Source: a virus
Reading direction: 5' to 3' (one strand)
IMG/VR virus record: IMGVR_UViG_3300032282_002092
Span: 9,458-73,457 of that record
DNA: 64,000 nt
This document shows, in pieces, positions 19,545 through 32,294 of the stretch. The notes beneath the pieces were generated by a model, which ran no database searches, was not told where the DNA came from, and was given only the letters and a program-made list of their open reading frames with translations. Positions within the stretch are counted from its first letter, which is position 1. Every line of letters begins with the position of its first letter. Position numbers and translations under genes: made by a program.

Positions 19545-20323
19545 GTCGCTGCGTCAACGATGCCGGTTTCTGGCAGTGCGCTGTGCAACTGGAACGCCTT
19601 GACTGCTGTCTGAGTACGGGGACCAAACTGCCCATCCGCAAGGAGTGTGTAGCCCTTCTTGGTCAACTTCTCCTGAAGAATCTTTACGTCAGCACCGGAG
19701 TCACCAACCTGAAGCACCGGCTGTGTCGGCGGCGCTGCGGGATCTGGGTAATGACCTTCCTCTGCAATAACAGCGGGCGGCATAGGCCCATCGCCAAGTA
19801 CCCAACACCAATGCCAATTCTCGCTTTTTGTAGTATTAAAAAAGCCAAAATCTGGGGCGTTGTTTGCTAGCCACGCCAACGTACGGTCATCAAGATTGAC
19901 TGTAATACCAAGTGAGTTCTTGCGCGCCCAGTCAATTGCACAGCCTTTGCCATGATTAGAAGTGCCCGGTTTCGCTGCTCCAGCAACAGGATTACCGTAG
20001 CGATTCTTCTTTAGGTACCACCATGTGCCCTGCCAGAATTCCTTGCGCCACGGAGCGGGCTTGGGGATCTTGTCATAGCGCTTATTGAATAGTGTGACCT
20101 GACCGGCGAAACTACGATATGGACTCCCACTGGTCCACAGTTTGATGCCGTCCCGCTTGGCACGCTGCATGAGAGCACGGTGTGCTCTAGCCGCCTCACG
20201 GACCATGACAAAATTACCAATACCGCACTTCTCCAAGATGCTGCTTGGCAACTGACCGTTGTCATAGCCCTTGGCGCAAGTGGGGGTAGTTACTGCGGAT
20301 TCTGGCTTGTAGGGAAGGTCCAT
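19526..20323 (-). CDS. Endolysin: M15 peptidase plus peptidoglycan-binding domain
   Basis: NGQLP, YRS, AKPGTSNHG.G.AID and ENWHW motifs; C-terminal DGQFGPRT..AVKAFQ. Confidence 0.88.
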   Translation of the reverse strand: MDLPYKPESAVTTPTCAKGYDNGQLPSSILEKCGIGNFVMVREAARAHRALMQRAKRDGIKLWTSGSPYRSFAGQVTLFNKRYDKIPKPAPWRKEFWQGTWWYLKKNRYGNPVAGAAKPGTSNHGKGCAIDWARKNSLGITVNLDDRTLAWLANNAPDFGFFNTTKSENWHWCWVLGDGPMPPAVIAEEGHYPDPAAPPTQPVLQVGDSGADVKILQEKLTKKGYTLLADGQFGPRTQTAVKAFQLHSALPETGIVDAATWAALG

Positions 20324-20328
20324 GTCTC

Positions 20329-21426
20329 CTACTTTCTGGGGGCGTACCACCCATTGCTTCCGTCCCTCAGGGACTCAAGACGTGTTAACCAATTATCGTA
20401 CATATCAGCGCATTTGTCTATGCCACATAAGTTTATGGCCCGGTTACGCCAATGGTTTCCACGAGTCAACTGGGCTAGTTCTACGGACTCAATGGCCTGC
20501 TCCATATTCCGGTACCGGTATGGGGGAGGAAGCGTTTCGGTAAACACTCCATAATCGGGAGCGACTACACCGACACCTGACATCATGGCCTCTGCGTGGA
20601 CACCTTCCCACGGCCCGATATACAAAGTGGGACAAATAAATACTTCGGCTTCCGCAAATAACTTCTTGCGTGCCTCACCGGTAACACCGCCAATGTGCTC
20701 AATATCCCCAGTAATGACAGTGCCATCGGTAGCCACTACCTTGCCCGGTTCTTGGTGAGCCACCCCACCACCAGCCATGATCAGTTTCAGTCCCGCTGCA
20801 TTGGCGATCTGTGCAGCAACATGCGGCCCCTTGCGGTGTATAAGACGGCCCACAAACAGTGCGTACCCCTGTGACTCTGCCTTGTACCACTCGTTGGGAT
20901 CAACAGCATTGGGGATCACCACATCGAACGCACGGCCATCACCGATTCCATATGCCCCATATCGGTTGTGCATCCACGCATATGACTCATAACAGGCAAA
21001 TGTGTCCTTGGAAATGCCCTCGTAGCCGACCCCCGGTTCGATGACCGTGTACTGGTCCTTGTACTTGGCAATCAGTTCGTGGCTGATAGAACCGCCAATA
21101 AAGCCGATGATGTCGCCGGGTTTCAGGGCGTTATCCAAGTGAGTAACAGCACGCTCATGGAACAGTTGCCAGTACGGAAGGCTGGACACCCACTCAATCT
21201 TGGGCAGTTCGGAAGGTTCCCAGACCCCGAAAAACTGTTCCTGTTCATCCCTTGACAGGCAGGAGACATCACCTTTGTCACCGCCCCAATAGACTGTTAC
21301 GTCCCAGTTCTTAGAGCGCAGCATTCTGGCAAGTCTTACGGCCTTTGCCGTGAAAGCACAGTATGAGAATTCGTTGTCGTCAAACTGTGTGTGGGGGAGG
21401 CCGACTAGGTGAATAGTGGGTCGCAT
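20329..21426 (-). CDS. Glycosyltransferase, GT-B / GT4-like
   Basis: HLVGLPHT, VIPN.VD, FVGRL..RKG and EAMMSG motifs. Start moved to MRPTIHLV, which has a -10 TAAAGT seven nt upstream. Confidence 0.88.
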   Translation of the reverse strand: MRPTIHLVGLPHTQFDDNEFSYCAFTAKAVRLARMLRSKNWDVTVYWGGDKGDVSCLSRDEQEQFFGVWEPSELPKIEWVSSLPYWQLFHERAVTHLDNALKPGDIIGFIGGSISHELIAKYKDQYTVIEPGVGYEGISKDTFACYESYAWMHNRYGAYGIGDGRAFDVVIPNAVDPNEWYKAESQGYALFVGRLIHRKGPHVAAQIANAAGLKLIMAGGGVAHQEPGKVVATDGTVITGDIEHIGGVTGEARKKLFAEAEVFICPTLYIGPWEGVHAEAMMSGVGVVAPDYGVFTETLPPPYRYRNMEQAIESVELAQLTRGNHWRNRAINLCGIDKCADMYDNWLTRLESLRDGSNGWYAPRK

Positions 21427-21455
21427 GTCGCTCACTTTATCGTATACTTTCGCAC
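21427..21455. promoter_or_regulatory. Back-to-back leaderless promoters for the glycosyltransferase and methyltransferase
   Basis: Plus strand: TATACT-TTCGCAC-ATG(21456). Minus strand: TAAAGT-GAGCGAC-ATG(21426). Confidence 0.65.
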
Positions 21456-22035
21456 ATGACTTGGAACCAAGAGCAGGAGTGGGAACGTCAGTGGTGGGGA
21501 GACTGCACCAACACATTTGCCGAGGAAACCAAGCAGATCACCTACGCACACCGCATGGGACTCCAGAACTTGTCAGATGGAGCGCATTGGCCGCTTTACC
21601 ACCTGAATGGGAAGTCAATACTTGACATTGGAGGTGGCCCGGTTTCCATGCTCCTCAAGACTGATGGTGGTGGTTACCGCAAGGTGGTTGACCCGTGCCG
21701 TTACCCGGCTTGGGTTTACGCACGTTACGAGATTGCTGGCATCAACTGGGACATCGCACCGGGGGAGAACTTCGACCTGTCACAGACATACGACGAGGTT
21801 TGGATATACAACGTCTTGCAGCACACCGATGACCCTGAGGTGATCATCGCAAACGCCCGAGAGGTTGCCCATACGATCCGCATCTTTGAGTGGATCGACA
21901 TCCCGGCACACCCCGGCCATCCGCAGATGTTGACCAAGGTCAAGTTGGACGAGTGGCTACAGGGTGATGGGACTGTCGAAGACTTCCGTTGGAAACCTGA
22001 GAACGGATGCAACCAAGTCGCTTACTACGGTGTAT

Positions 22036-22052
<17 letters not shown>
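21456..22052 (+). CDS. Class I SAM-dependent methyltransferase
   Basis: ILDIGGGP motif I, VVDP and [16 protein letters not shown]. Confidence 0.85.
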
Positions 22053-24780
<2,728 letters not shown>

Positions 24781-24782
24781 AC

Positions 24783-25292
24783 TCAGACCGTAATACGGAA
24801 CAACCCATTAACGTGCCAAACAATGGTGAGCGTGCCGTTAGAGACACTATTCGGGCCACCGAAATAATTGAAGCACACACCTTGGTTCTGGGCAGCAACT
24901 TCCGTGCAGTACAGCAGGCTTCCGTAGACATCGGTAAGCGTGGTGTCACTAGCAGTACTGGAAGTGTCATCAATATCAAACATGATGACCCCGGTAGCAG
25001 GGCTGGTTAAGGACATACCTTCAGCGACAATACCACCCTGTGCCCACTTACCGGCTTGGTATTTCTCGTTAGCGGTCACCCACGCACTATCGGCACCGTC
25101 GTATTTGGTCAGCGTGGTACGAGCAGCGTCGTTAGCACCGGTCGGATCGACCTCAGGAAGTGCGCTGTTGCCATACAGTGCAACACTTAAACCATCATTG
25201 AGAAGGTCAATACCCTTGACAGCCCCATTGAAAGCAAGGTTGTGCTCAATGAACGTACGGAAGATACCGGAACCAGCAGAAGACCAAGACAT
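24783..25292 (-). CDS. Hypothetical virion protein
   Basis: IDLLND.L.VALY...F.GP.SV.NGT.TIVW...G.F pattern; AGGAG ribosome-binding site before MSWSSAG. Confidence 0.6.
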   Translation of the reverse strand: MSWSSAGSGIFRTFIEHNLAFNGAVKGIDLLNDGLSVALYGNSALPEVDPTGANDAARTTLTKYDGADSAWVTANEKYQAGKWAQGGIVAEGMSLTSPATGVIMFDIDDTSSTASDTTLTDVYGSLLYCTEVAAQNQGVCFNYFGGPNSVSNGTLTIVWHVNGLFRITV

Positions 25293-25294
25293 GA

Positions 25295-25639
25295 CTAACT
25301 CCTTAGATTGAGATTTGTGGACGGTGCAAGGATAACGCAATCCTCACCATCGTTACGCTTTACAGACACAGATTGAATGATATTACCATCACCATCGGTA
25401 ACCGCGATATCCTTCTTAATATAGTCCTCACGATAGTTTACCTGAAGACGGCCCTGCACACCGGCCTCAACGAAGGGCACCCACGCCCCACGCAGACTGG
25501 CACACTGGTGCATCTGGGTATGGGGATCAGACATCTTTGTGACGTGGGTCTTGCCACATTCGGGGCAGTACCAGTTCTTGGGGGGGCTGTTCAGGATCAC
25601 TCCACCGAACGCTGACGCTTTGCCGTTTGCCATGCTCAT
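25295..25639 (-). CDS. Hypothetical protein with CxxC
   Basis: WYCPECG...H.C; sits within the operon. Confidence 0.6.
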   Translation of the reverse strand: MSMANGKASAFGGVILNSPPKNWYCPECGKTHVTKMSDPHTQMHQCASLRGAWVPFVEAGVQGRLQVNYREDYIKKDIAVTDGDGNIIQSVSVKRNDGEDCVILAPSTNLNLRS

Positions 25640-25644
25640 AGTCT

Positions 25645-26214
25645 CTACTCCTCAGTATCCCTAGGTGGAAACCACGCTAGCGGAGTGGAGTCCAGATTTA
25701 GTTCATCTGAATGGTGTATTTCTATTCCACCAACACCGATGATGATGTCCTCGCCCTGTAACCGGCCCCTAATCTGGAAGTTGCTAATCCCATAAAAACG
25801 GCCATCATAAAAGATGATGTCATTCAGACGATCATCGTGCCAGACCTCTGAAGCGGAATGATCCCAGACACGCCCACCGTGCGCTTCCGTAACAGAAATT
25901 CCACATTCCCAGAGTGACCGGGCACCTACGGCAAACCGCACGTTTTGGGTCGCACGACGGCCCTCAGCCGTGAGATATTCGGAGTCTTCCTGCTGGTCAA
26001 TCCAGAGGACTGGCACTTTCACGGGCGGCAGATACTGGCGGTAACCCTCGTCGTAAATGGAGTCGTACTGACTGGTAACGGTATCAAACTGATACCACGC
26101 AACCGATTCACCGAAGTTTTTCTGGTAACGCTGGAACTGCTTATGGATATGTGCGGCCTCACGGCGCGCATCGACGGCCATCAGCCGGTTCCTGACGTAC
26201 CGAGCGTCTGCCAC
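25645..26214 (-). CDS. Head closure / head-tail connector (putative)
   Basis: Synteny after the adaptor-like gene; YDSIYDEG and D.I.YDGRFY.I motifs. Confidence 0.6.
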   Translation of the reverse strand: MADARYVRNRLMAVDARREAAHIHKQFQRYQKNFGESVAWYQFDTVTSQYDSIYDEGYRQYLPPVKVPVLWIDQQEDSEYLTAEGRRATQNVRFAVGARSLWECGISVTEAHGGRVWDHSASEVWHDDRLNDIIFYDGRFYGISNFQIRGRLQGEDIIIGVGGIEIHHSDELNLDSTPLAWFPPRDTEE

Positions 26215-27065
26215 TCACCAAAGCCAAAGTCAACAGAGGCACGCCCGATCTCCTCAACATCCGCAACCTCTACGCCAGAGCCGTCAGCAGGACCGGGGGC
26301 CGAGGTAAGCCCAACGGGAATTTCGGGCCTAATGCGCACGGGAGCATTGTGGTCGTCGTATTCCTGCGAACGATAAATAGGCACATACCGGTTAGTCATG
26401 TAAGCCACCCGACGTAGGGAGAAGATATCGATGTTTCCAAGACCCACGTTGAGGATCTTGGTCCTGTCTGAGTAAATGCCCTCCCAATGCTGGAGCATCT
26501 GCCACAACTGCTGGAATCGCTGGTGTGCTGGAATTGACATACCCTCAGGAGATGCGACATCGATATCCGTGGAGAATTCCGTCATCAGCGACCATATCGC
26601 TTTTACGATGGCACCGATAGCAATAACGTCCAATTCTACTGGCGATATCTGATCAAGGTTTCCGTCCCCTGCCGGGAAACGGTTGTGCATGTGCTCATCG
26701 ACAACGAGGCCAACGTAGAACGCCAGATCACTGTCGATGAACCACTGGAAGTGATATCCAGATATAAAGATCCGCTTACCCATGTACGTGTTGTCCACGA
26801 ACTTGAGAAGACCATTGCGCTCATCAACGGCCCACTTATTGGTGGGTACTGCGCTCAGGGACACCGTTTCCGTAGATACGGTGTCAGGACCGGGCTGCAC
26901 GGCTGCATATACCTGAAGCGTCCGTGCATCAACATTGGGGTGCGGCAACCGAATGGTGGACACATTGACTGGACCAAGATCAGTCTCAAAGAAGATCGGG
27001 AAATCTCGCAGCATGTTGCGGGTGCTGCTGACGATGCCGTCTACGGTGGGTGCGGTAATAGCCAT
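26181..27065 (-). CDS. Head-tail adaptor (putative)
   Basis: WFIDSDL...DIDVASPEGMSIP..QRFQQL; position in the neck module. Confidence 0.6.
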   Translation of the reverse strand: MAITAPTVDGIVSSTRNMLRDFPIFFETDLGPVNVSTIRLPHPNVDARTLQVYAAVQPGPDTVSTETVSLSAVPTNKWAVDERNGLLKFVDNTYMGKRIFISGYHFQWFIDSDLAFYVGLVVDEHMHNRFPAGDGNLDQISPVELDVIAIGAIVKAIWSLMTEFSTDIDVASPEGMSIPAHQRFQQLWQMLQHWEGIYSDRTKILNVGLGNIDIFSLRRVAYMTNRYVPIYRSQEYDDHNAPVRIRPEIPVGLTSAPGPADGSGVEVADVEEIGRASVDFGFGEWQTLGTSGTG

Positions 27066-27460
27066 TAGAACTGGAACCATTCGCCAACGGTGTCGATATC
27101 GGTTGCACCGAACGGATACACGGTTACACCAGTGGTCACTTCGCCAGAATCGAACTGAGCGTTGAAGAACACCAGCGGCTTGTTGGTGGAGTCCGTAAGG
27201 ATAATGTCATAGATGCCCATAGGAACATCTGGGATAACTACCGGAAGGCTGGACGCTACGCCGGTAGACGACAGCGTCCCACCAGTGAGTTCCCCATACG
27301 AAACGGTAGTACCACCAGCCGCCTCAATATCGGGAATTGAGGCATGGTCGCTACTGAAGGTATAACCACTCACGGCATGAAGCCGAAACGTGCCGTTCTC
27401 CCAGTCAAGACCGGTCGTACCGGACAGGTACCGGAGATAGTCGTACTTAGCGTCAGCCAT
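27065..27460 (-). CDS. Hypothetical virion protein
   Basis: Coupled ORF; GLDW N-terminal and WFQF C-terminal, as in small structural proteins. Confidence 0.55.
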   Translation of the reverse strand: MADAKYDYLRYLSGTTGLDWENGTFRLHAVSGYTFSSDHASIPDIEAAGGTTVSYGELTGGTLSSTGVASSLPVVIPDVPMGIYDIILTDSTNKPLVFFNAQFDSGEVTTGVTVYPFGATDIDTVGEWFQF

Positions 27461-28370
27461 GTGTCACGTCCTTGGAAAACTTGAACACACCATACCGCAG
27501 CGTACTAATCACGCCGTCGCTATCAGTTTCCTGAATGTCGTAGTAGTAACGACCCTGCTCGGCCCCGGCGGTTTCAAGTCGAACCTTAATCACTCCAGTG
27601 GCTGCGCTTGACGTATCAAACGTGGCGCTAAATGCAGGAGAAACGTCATCCTTCAGGCGGCGCAACTGCATCTCGTAGGTGCAGTCCGACTTATTGATAA
27701 CCCCATTAGAAGCGGTACGGAACGTCAGGGTACGGGTCCAAGTGTCCCCAGTGAACATTGCGTAGTTAGCACGTACCGGATTAACACGGTTATCGCCGTA
27801 CAAATACTCGTCGGATAGGTGTGAGACACCCTGTCGAACCGTCACACGGCTTTCGGGAATGACGGTAAACGAGTCACCAGAGTTGGTCGTGATTTCCAAG
27901 TCCCACACTCCCTGCGTGATCTGTGATGCCATCCAATGCGTTTCGTCTGGGGAAAGCGTTAAGCGCAGCGATCCCGTAGGACCGTCCAGAACCTCATAAT
28001 CGAAATCTCCCAGAACGGTGGTGGCTTTTCGATTGGCCTTGATCTGTGCCGTAAAACTGGCGTTAGTGATGTCCTGAACCTCATCGTTCAAGGTCACGAT
28101 GATATCTAGGATAAAGGTTCTACCACCAATAATGCCTAAAGGCATAGCATCACCATAATAATTAGGTGATGTAAACAGAGGAATTGCATCGTACCTAGGC
28201 TGACCTAACAAGATGTCACTTCCTTCCGAAAAAACCGACGTAGTTGTGGCAATACGATTATACCCGTCAACTCCACTACGGAAAGCCACACGAATCCCGG
28301 TCTGGGCAAGCACTGCTGCCCCAAACCCTTCGGCGGTAACATCCGCTAATTCACCGTCTACATCAGCCAC
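27453..28370 (-). CDS. Structural protein with two BppU-N-like beta domains
   Basis: Repeated G.TF...F.AQI...G.L.L.L....T...WDLE and GDTW...MQLR...YYDIQ patterns. Confidence 0.55.
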   Translation of the reverse strand: MADVDGELADVTAEGFGAAVLAQTGIRVAFRSGVDGYNRIATTTSVFSEGSDILLGQPRYDAIPLFTSPNYYGDAMPLGIIGGRTFILDIIVTLNDEVQDITNASFTAQIKANRKATTVLGDFDYEVLDGPTGSLRLTLSPDETHWMASQITQGVWDLEITTNSGDSFTVIPESRVTVRQGVSHLSDEYLYGDNRVNPVRANYAMFTGDTWTRTLTFRTASNGVINKSDCTYEMQLRRLKDDVSPAFSATFDTSSAATGVIKVRLETAGAEQGRYYYDIQETDSDGVISTLRYGVFKFSKDVTHG

Positions 28371-29985
28371 GGATATAAGTGTACACCGTCAGATACGGCG
28401 GCATCACACTAAAACTCTGTCCTTTACCAACACTAACCTCTGTAATAGAGTGTTTATGGGCACTATTTACAATGTTATCATCCGTAAATGAAATAGTGTG
28501 ACTATGCGCACCATCTGTACTAATTGTATGCGAATGATTTGAGAGGTTAGAGTCGTTGACCTTAAGATTGGTCTTGTTAGAGGCAGTGGATTGCGCAGTC
28601 CACGTATAGTGGCTGTGGCCGGTATCGGTCTTCCACGGATCAAGTCGTGAATCCCACCACCTCGCACCCTCTTCGTTGTACTGAGGTGTGTACTCACCAA
28701 CAATGAACTGAGGAGGATTGTTGTTGGAAGAGTAATTGGTGGCGTTATGAAAGTGAGGATTCTCAGTTACATCGTGTGCATGCTTACCGGTGCCAGCCAC
28801 AGTGCTGCCGCCGTGATTGTGTGAACCCTGAGTCGCTGCGGCCACGCTGTGCGTGTGCTTGCCGTCCGTTGTAGACGTGACATTGTGTGCATGCGCAGGA
28901 ATGTTGTCTGTCGTCAAGGTAATGGTTCCATTGGGAACGCCGCCCAACGTGGCAGCGTTTGCACCAACACCGAGCAGCATACGGTTCCTTGCATCGGGAA
29001 GGACCATCGACACTGGGTTATCGTCCACAAACGTAATAGCAGATTGCAGAGCAGCAATGCTGAACAGTTGAGCATAACCAGCGCTATACGCCAGCGTCTG
29101 ACCGACGAGGGGAATCCACGAACCGGATATTAATGCCATCTCAGATGGCGCAAGCATGGACTGGATAACGGTGCCAACCGGGGTGATGTCATTTGGAGTG
29201 ACGATCTCTTCCCAACTGTTATTGCGGCCCAGATAAACCTTTTCGCCCACACGCACGATCACGCCGTTAGTAACGGTTCCCGGTAATGCACTGAGGACTT
29301 TCAGGTTACTACCAGTTACCGTTCCTGTGGCCGCAATATTGCCGGTAGCCGTAATGGTGGTTGTGGAGGACAGTGCCTTTGCGGCCAGCGAACTGTTCGT
29401 CGTAAGCGCCATATCACCGCTTCGATACAGCGTGGCATTGTCGTCGGACCAGCCCAACTTTCCGTCAGCGTAGATCCTGAAACTGTCAGAACCATTGGTG
29501 CTGTTGGTGTTCTTGAAGATGATCTTGCTGGTATCCGTCTCACTGCTGACGAATACCGGAGCGAGCATGTTCCGCTTGTCAATAACGTAGTTTGCGAGAT
29601 TGGATTCAGAACTGGGACAGTACACAGACGCAAGCGCCACATGTTCCGAACTGATATCGGGGAATACCGGGTTAGCGCTTGACAGTCCCGCCACACCTTC
29701 TGCCTGCCCCGTGTTCTTTACACAGATGAGATAGAAACGGGCAGGGTCACCGACGTTCAAGGTGACTGATCCACCGGCCGTATACACCACAAGACCATCG
29801 ACCAGCACGATGCCGGGGGCCACACTTGCGGTGGTCCCCGACACCGTTACTGCGCAACCACGAATCACACCATAGCGGTTGTTACCGAGCGTATTGAAAT
29901 CAATAGCGTCCGGTTCCGACATTACGGGCGCAACAACGTCCGTAGCGTTAGGGATAAAGAAACCGCTGTGGTTGAGACTAGACAT
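28363..29985 (-). CDS. Tail fibre with collar domain and HxH-rich tip
   Basis: PVGTVI...W....GQ...LF...LPD.R.R..LG collar motif; many HxH motifs; C-terminal MPPYLTVYTYIR. Confidence 0.8.
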   Translation of the reverse strand: MSSLNHSGFFIPNATDVVAPVMSEPDAIDFNTLGNNRYGVIRGCAVTVSGTTASVAPGIVLVDGLVVYTAGGSVTLNVGDPARFYLICVKNTGQAEGVAGLSSANPVFPDISSEHVALASVYCPSSESNLANYVIDKRNMLAPVFVSSETDTSKIIFKNTNSTNGSDSFRIYADGKLGWSDDNATLYRSGDMALTTNSSLAAKALSSTTTITATGNIAATGTVTGSNLKVLSALPGTVTNGVIVRVGEKVYLGRNNSWEEIVTPNDITPVGTVIQSMLAPSEMALISGSWIPLVGQTLAYSAGYAQLFSIAALQSAITFVDDNPVSMVLPDARNRMLLGVGANAATLGGVPNGTITLTTDNIPAHAHNVTSTTDGKHTHSVAAATQGSHNHGGSTVAGTGKHAHDVTENPHFHNATNYSSNNNPPQFIVGEYTPQYNEEGARWWDSRLDPWKTDTGHSHYTWTAQSTASNKTNLKVNDSNLSNHSHTISTDGAHSHTISFTDDNIVNSAHKHSITEVSVGKGQSFSVMPPYLTVYTYIRG

Positions 29986-29995
29986 GGGTTATTCC

Positions 29996-30268
29996 TCAGT
30001 GCCAGACGTAGCCGAGGCCATCCAGATACTTGGCGATATGGATCGGCATGCTGTAGCGCTTACCGGCTTCCAGTTTGTAATGGGTATTCGGGTCACCATA
30101 GGTGAAATCGTCAAGGGTAGTATTCATGCGAATCGTCACCTTGCTGTTCTTGTTGCCCTTAAGGTTCAGGGGCTGGACGGGATCGACCTCAATCTCCCGG
30201 TGTCCACCCATGAGATCAGCGGTAGTCGTGACCTCACCTGCGTCCTCAGTCTTCTGTCGCTGTGCCAC
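29996..30268 (-). CDS. Small hypothetical head-associated protein
   Basis: AAAGGAG ribosome-binding site; located in the head module. Confidence 0.6.
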   Translation of the reverse strand: MAQRQKTEDAGEVTTTADLMGGHREIEVDPVQPLNLKGNKNSKVTIRMNTTLDDFTYGDPNTHYKLEAGKRYSMPIHIAKYLDGLGYVWH

Positions 30269-30306
30269 TTTTTGTGCTCCTTTGTTAGTGGTTCGATAGG
30301 ACTATA

Positions 30307-30825
30307 TCAGTCATTCCAATGCGTGCCGTCCCAAAAGATCGTATACGTGCTTGTTGGAATACTGGAATCATCTCCAGTAGTCCAAGCGCCACGGCCACCT
30401 ACGCCGGGACCGCCTACAATTGGAAGCGATGGTTTGCCCTCAACGTCGTAGTTGGCCTCAACGTACTGACCTGACGGGATGACATCTGCGTATAGGTTGG
30501 TCGAACGGGGACCGGTTCCGTGGGCAAAGCGTGAGTTTCCGTTTCCTGCTACATACTTGACACGATCATACGAGTCCCAAGGTGCGTAACCGGACTGCCA
30601 ATCAGAACCGTCCCAATATGCCCTGCTGGCGTTACCGAGCACGATGTAGGAATCGTTAGCCCAACGCTGTGAACCAACGGGCAGTACCTTGGCCCGAAGT
30701 TCGGTCAGGTTTGCGGGATTCACTTCCGTAGGGCCACCGACAAAGTAACCGGGCCAACCCTCTACGGCACCATGCTCGTCATCATCGAACATGGTATTCG
30801 GACCATGAATAGTAATGATGCTCAT
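30307..30825 (-). CDS. MSIxxxHG-motif protein 1 (putative capsid decoration protein)
   Basis: N-terminus MSIITIHGPNTM; repeated aromatic-WDG..W motif. Confidence 0.65.
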   Translation of the reverse strand: MSIITIHGPNTMFDDDEHGAVEGWPGYFVGGPTEVNPANLTELRAKVLPVGSQRWANDSYIVLGNASRAYWDGSDWQSGYAPWDSYDRVKYVAGNGNSRFAHGTGPRSTNLYADVIPSGQYVEANYDVEGKPSLPIVGGPGVGGRGAWTTGDDSSIPTSTYTIFWDGTHWND

Positions 30826-30834
30826 CTTGACTCC

Positions 30835-31362
30835 TTAAACATCAAGTCTAATGACTTGTAGTGTTTGATAAACTTCTGTATCGGCAATGTCAGAGGGTCC
30901 AAATTTATATGCAGAAAATTGTAGTTTACAATCACTTGTCCCGTCATCAATCAACTGAACGGTACCTGAAAGACCAATTTCCATAAAAGAGAATTCAGAA
31001 TAAGCCGTATTTATAAACTCTACATAGTTACCCGTTCCAGTTTGCTGCGTGTTGGGAATCAATGCAGAAATACTAGGGGTTGTGTAGGCAAACAGTGCTA
31101 CGTCTTTAGCGGTGTCTGTATACAAGTACCAATTAAAAGTATACATTCCCGGTGGAACTATTAAATTTCCACTATCTATATACCATCCGTTTGGAATATA
31201 CATAGCATCAGGATTATAATCATCAAGTGGATTATACAAACTCGTATTGGCTGACCATACATCTGGATGGTAGTCACCGTCATAAAAACATTCAGTGTCG
31301 TAAACAAAGGTGGGGTAGCGGTTGTTCCCCATTGTTGCTCCATGTACTGACACGATACTCAT
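30835..31362 (-). CDS. MSIxxxHG-motif protein 2
   Basis: Start re-called at MSIVSVHGATM, which makes an ATGA overlap with the upstream stop. Confidence 0.65.
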   Translation of the reverse strand: MSIVSVHGATMGNNRYPTFVYDTECFYDGDYHPDVWSANTSLYNPLDDYNPDAMYIPNGWYIDSGNLIVPPGMYTFNWYLYTDTAKDVALFAYTTPSISALIPNTQQTGTGNYVEFINTAYSEFSFMEIGLSGTVQLIDDGTSDCKLQFSAYKFGPSDIADTEVYQTLQVIRLDV

Positions 31363-31727
31363 GCTGTCGGACGGGGGCCACGACCACGGCCACGGTGAAC
31401 CACCGGGCTGGGAGCGCCTGCCTCTGCTGCTGCCCACGCCTGTGCCTCTGCAATGAGTTGTGCAGTGTCACAACCTGCGATATTTGCGGCATCGGCGAGG
31501 GGCAACGTACCGTTGACCACGAGCAAGGTCGCCAGAGCGCCCGTCTGATCAAGGGCCGGGTAACCCCGATATACCGTGGTATCGGGCGGTGCGGTAGTGA
31601 TCTCAACACCATCGGGAAGTTCTACAAGAACAAAGCCCTTCTTTGGCGTAACCACTGCACCGGCAGGAAGCCATGCGTACCCGTTGTTACGGGGATTGGG
31701 GCGCTGGATAACGGAATAGATGTTCAT
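31359..31727 (-). CDS. Hypothetical protein
   Basis: 4-nt overlaps with both neighbours. Confidence 0.6.
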   Translation of the reverse strand: MNIYSVIQRPNPRNNGYAWLPAGAVVTPKKGFVLVELPDGVEITTAPPDTTVYRGYPALDQTGALATLLVVNGTLPLADAANIAGCDTAQLIAEAQAWAAAEAGAPSPVVHRGRGRGPRPTA

Positions 31728-32221
31728 CGGTCAATCCTTGTAACTGTCAGGTCGTGGTACACATCGGTACCGTTTTCGGTAAGGAACTCAAAGTAAGGGT
31801 TATCCCAATCAAGGCCCGGTTTTGCTGGAGCGTCAAACTTTACAACAACAGTAAGAGTGGAATCACTGTAAGAGTTGTTGTTTTGCTGCTGTGAAGTGAG
31901 CCATTGGTTAGTGTACTCGTCATATTCAGCAAAGTACTCAACATTATTTGCGTATATGTACTGGGTAAATTCGGTATCACCACCCCAGTGAGTGCAGTTC
32001 CACGTAACGGCGTACGTGCCCGGTTCTACAAAGAGCGTCTCCGGTTCCTCTTCATACACCCTGAATCCGCTTGGAATACTGAGAAGTTCGTACTCTGGAT
32101 CCCGATCAAGCAGGTCTAACCAACCGTCATCCCTAGAATAACCGTCCCACCAAGAGTTAAAAATAAACCTAGGGTTACGGGTGTCGTACATTGACGGGCC
32201 GTGTACAGAAATAATGCTCAT
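31724..32221 (-). CDS. MSIxxxHG-motif protein 3
   Basis: Start re-called at MSIISVHGPSM, preceded by TGC-TATACT-N7-ATG. Shares V.PG.Y...W and the C-terminal L.V.R.D with protein 2. Confidence 0.65.
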   Translation of the reverse strand: MSIISVHGPSMYDTRNPRFIFNSWWDGYSRDDGWLDLLDRDPEYELLSIPSGFRVYEEEPETLFVEPGTYAVTWNCTHWGGDTEFTQYIYANNVEYFAEYDEYTNQWLTSQQQNNNSYSDSTLTVVVKFDAPAKPGLDWDNPYFEFLTENGTDVYHDLTVTRIDR

Positions 32222-32236
32222 AGGTATGAGTATAGC

Positions 32237-32276
32237 AAAAAAGGGCCGTGGGATGTATGTAATCCCACGGCCCTTT
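32237..32276 (-). terminator. Rho-independent terminator after the major capsid gene
   Basis: Stem AAAGGGCCGTGGGAT/ATCCCACGGCCCTTT followed by a T-run on the minus strand. Confidence 0.85.
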
Positions 32277-32294
32277 CTGATTGATATGGCTATA

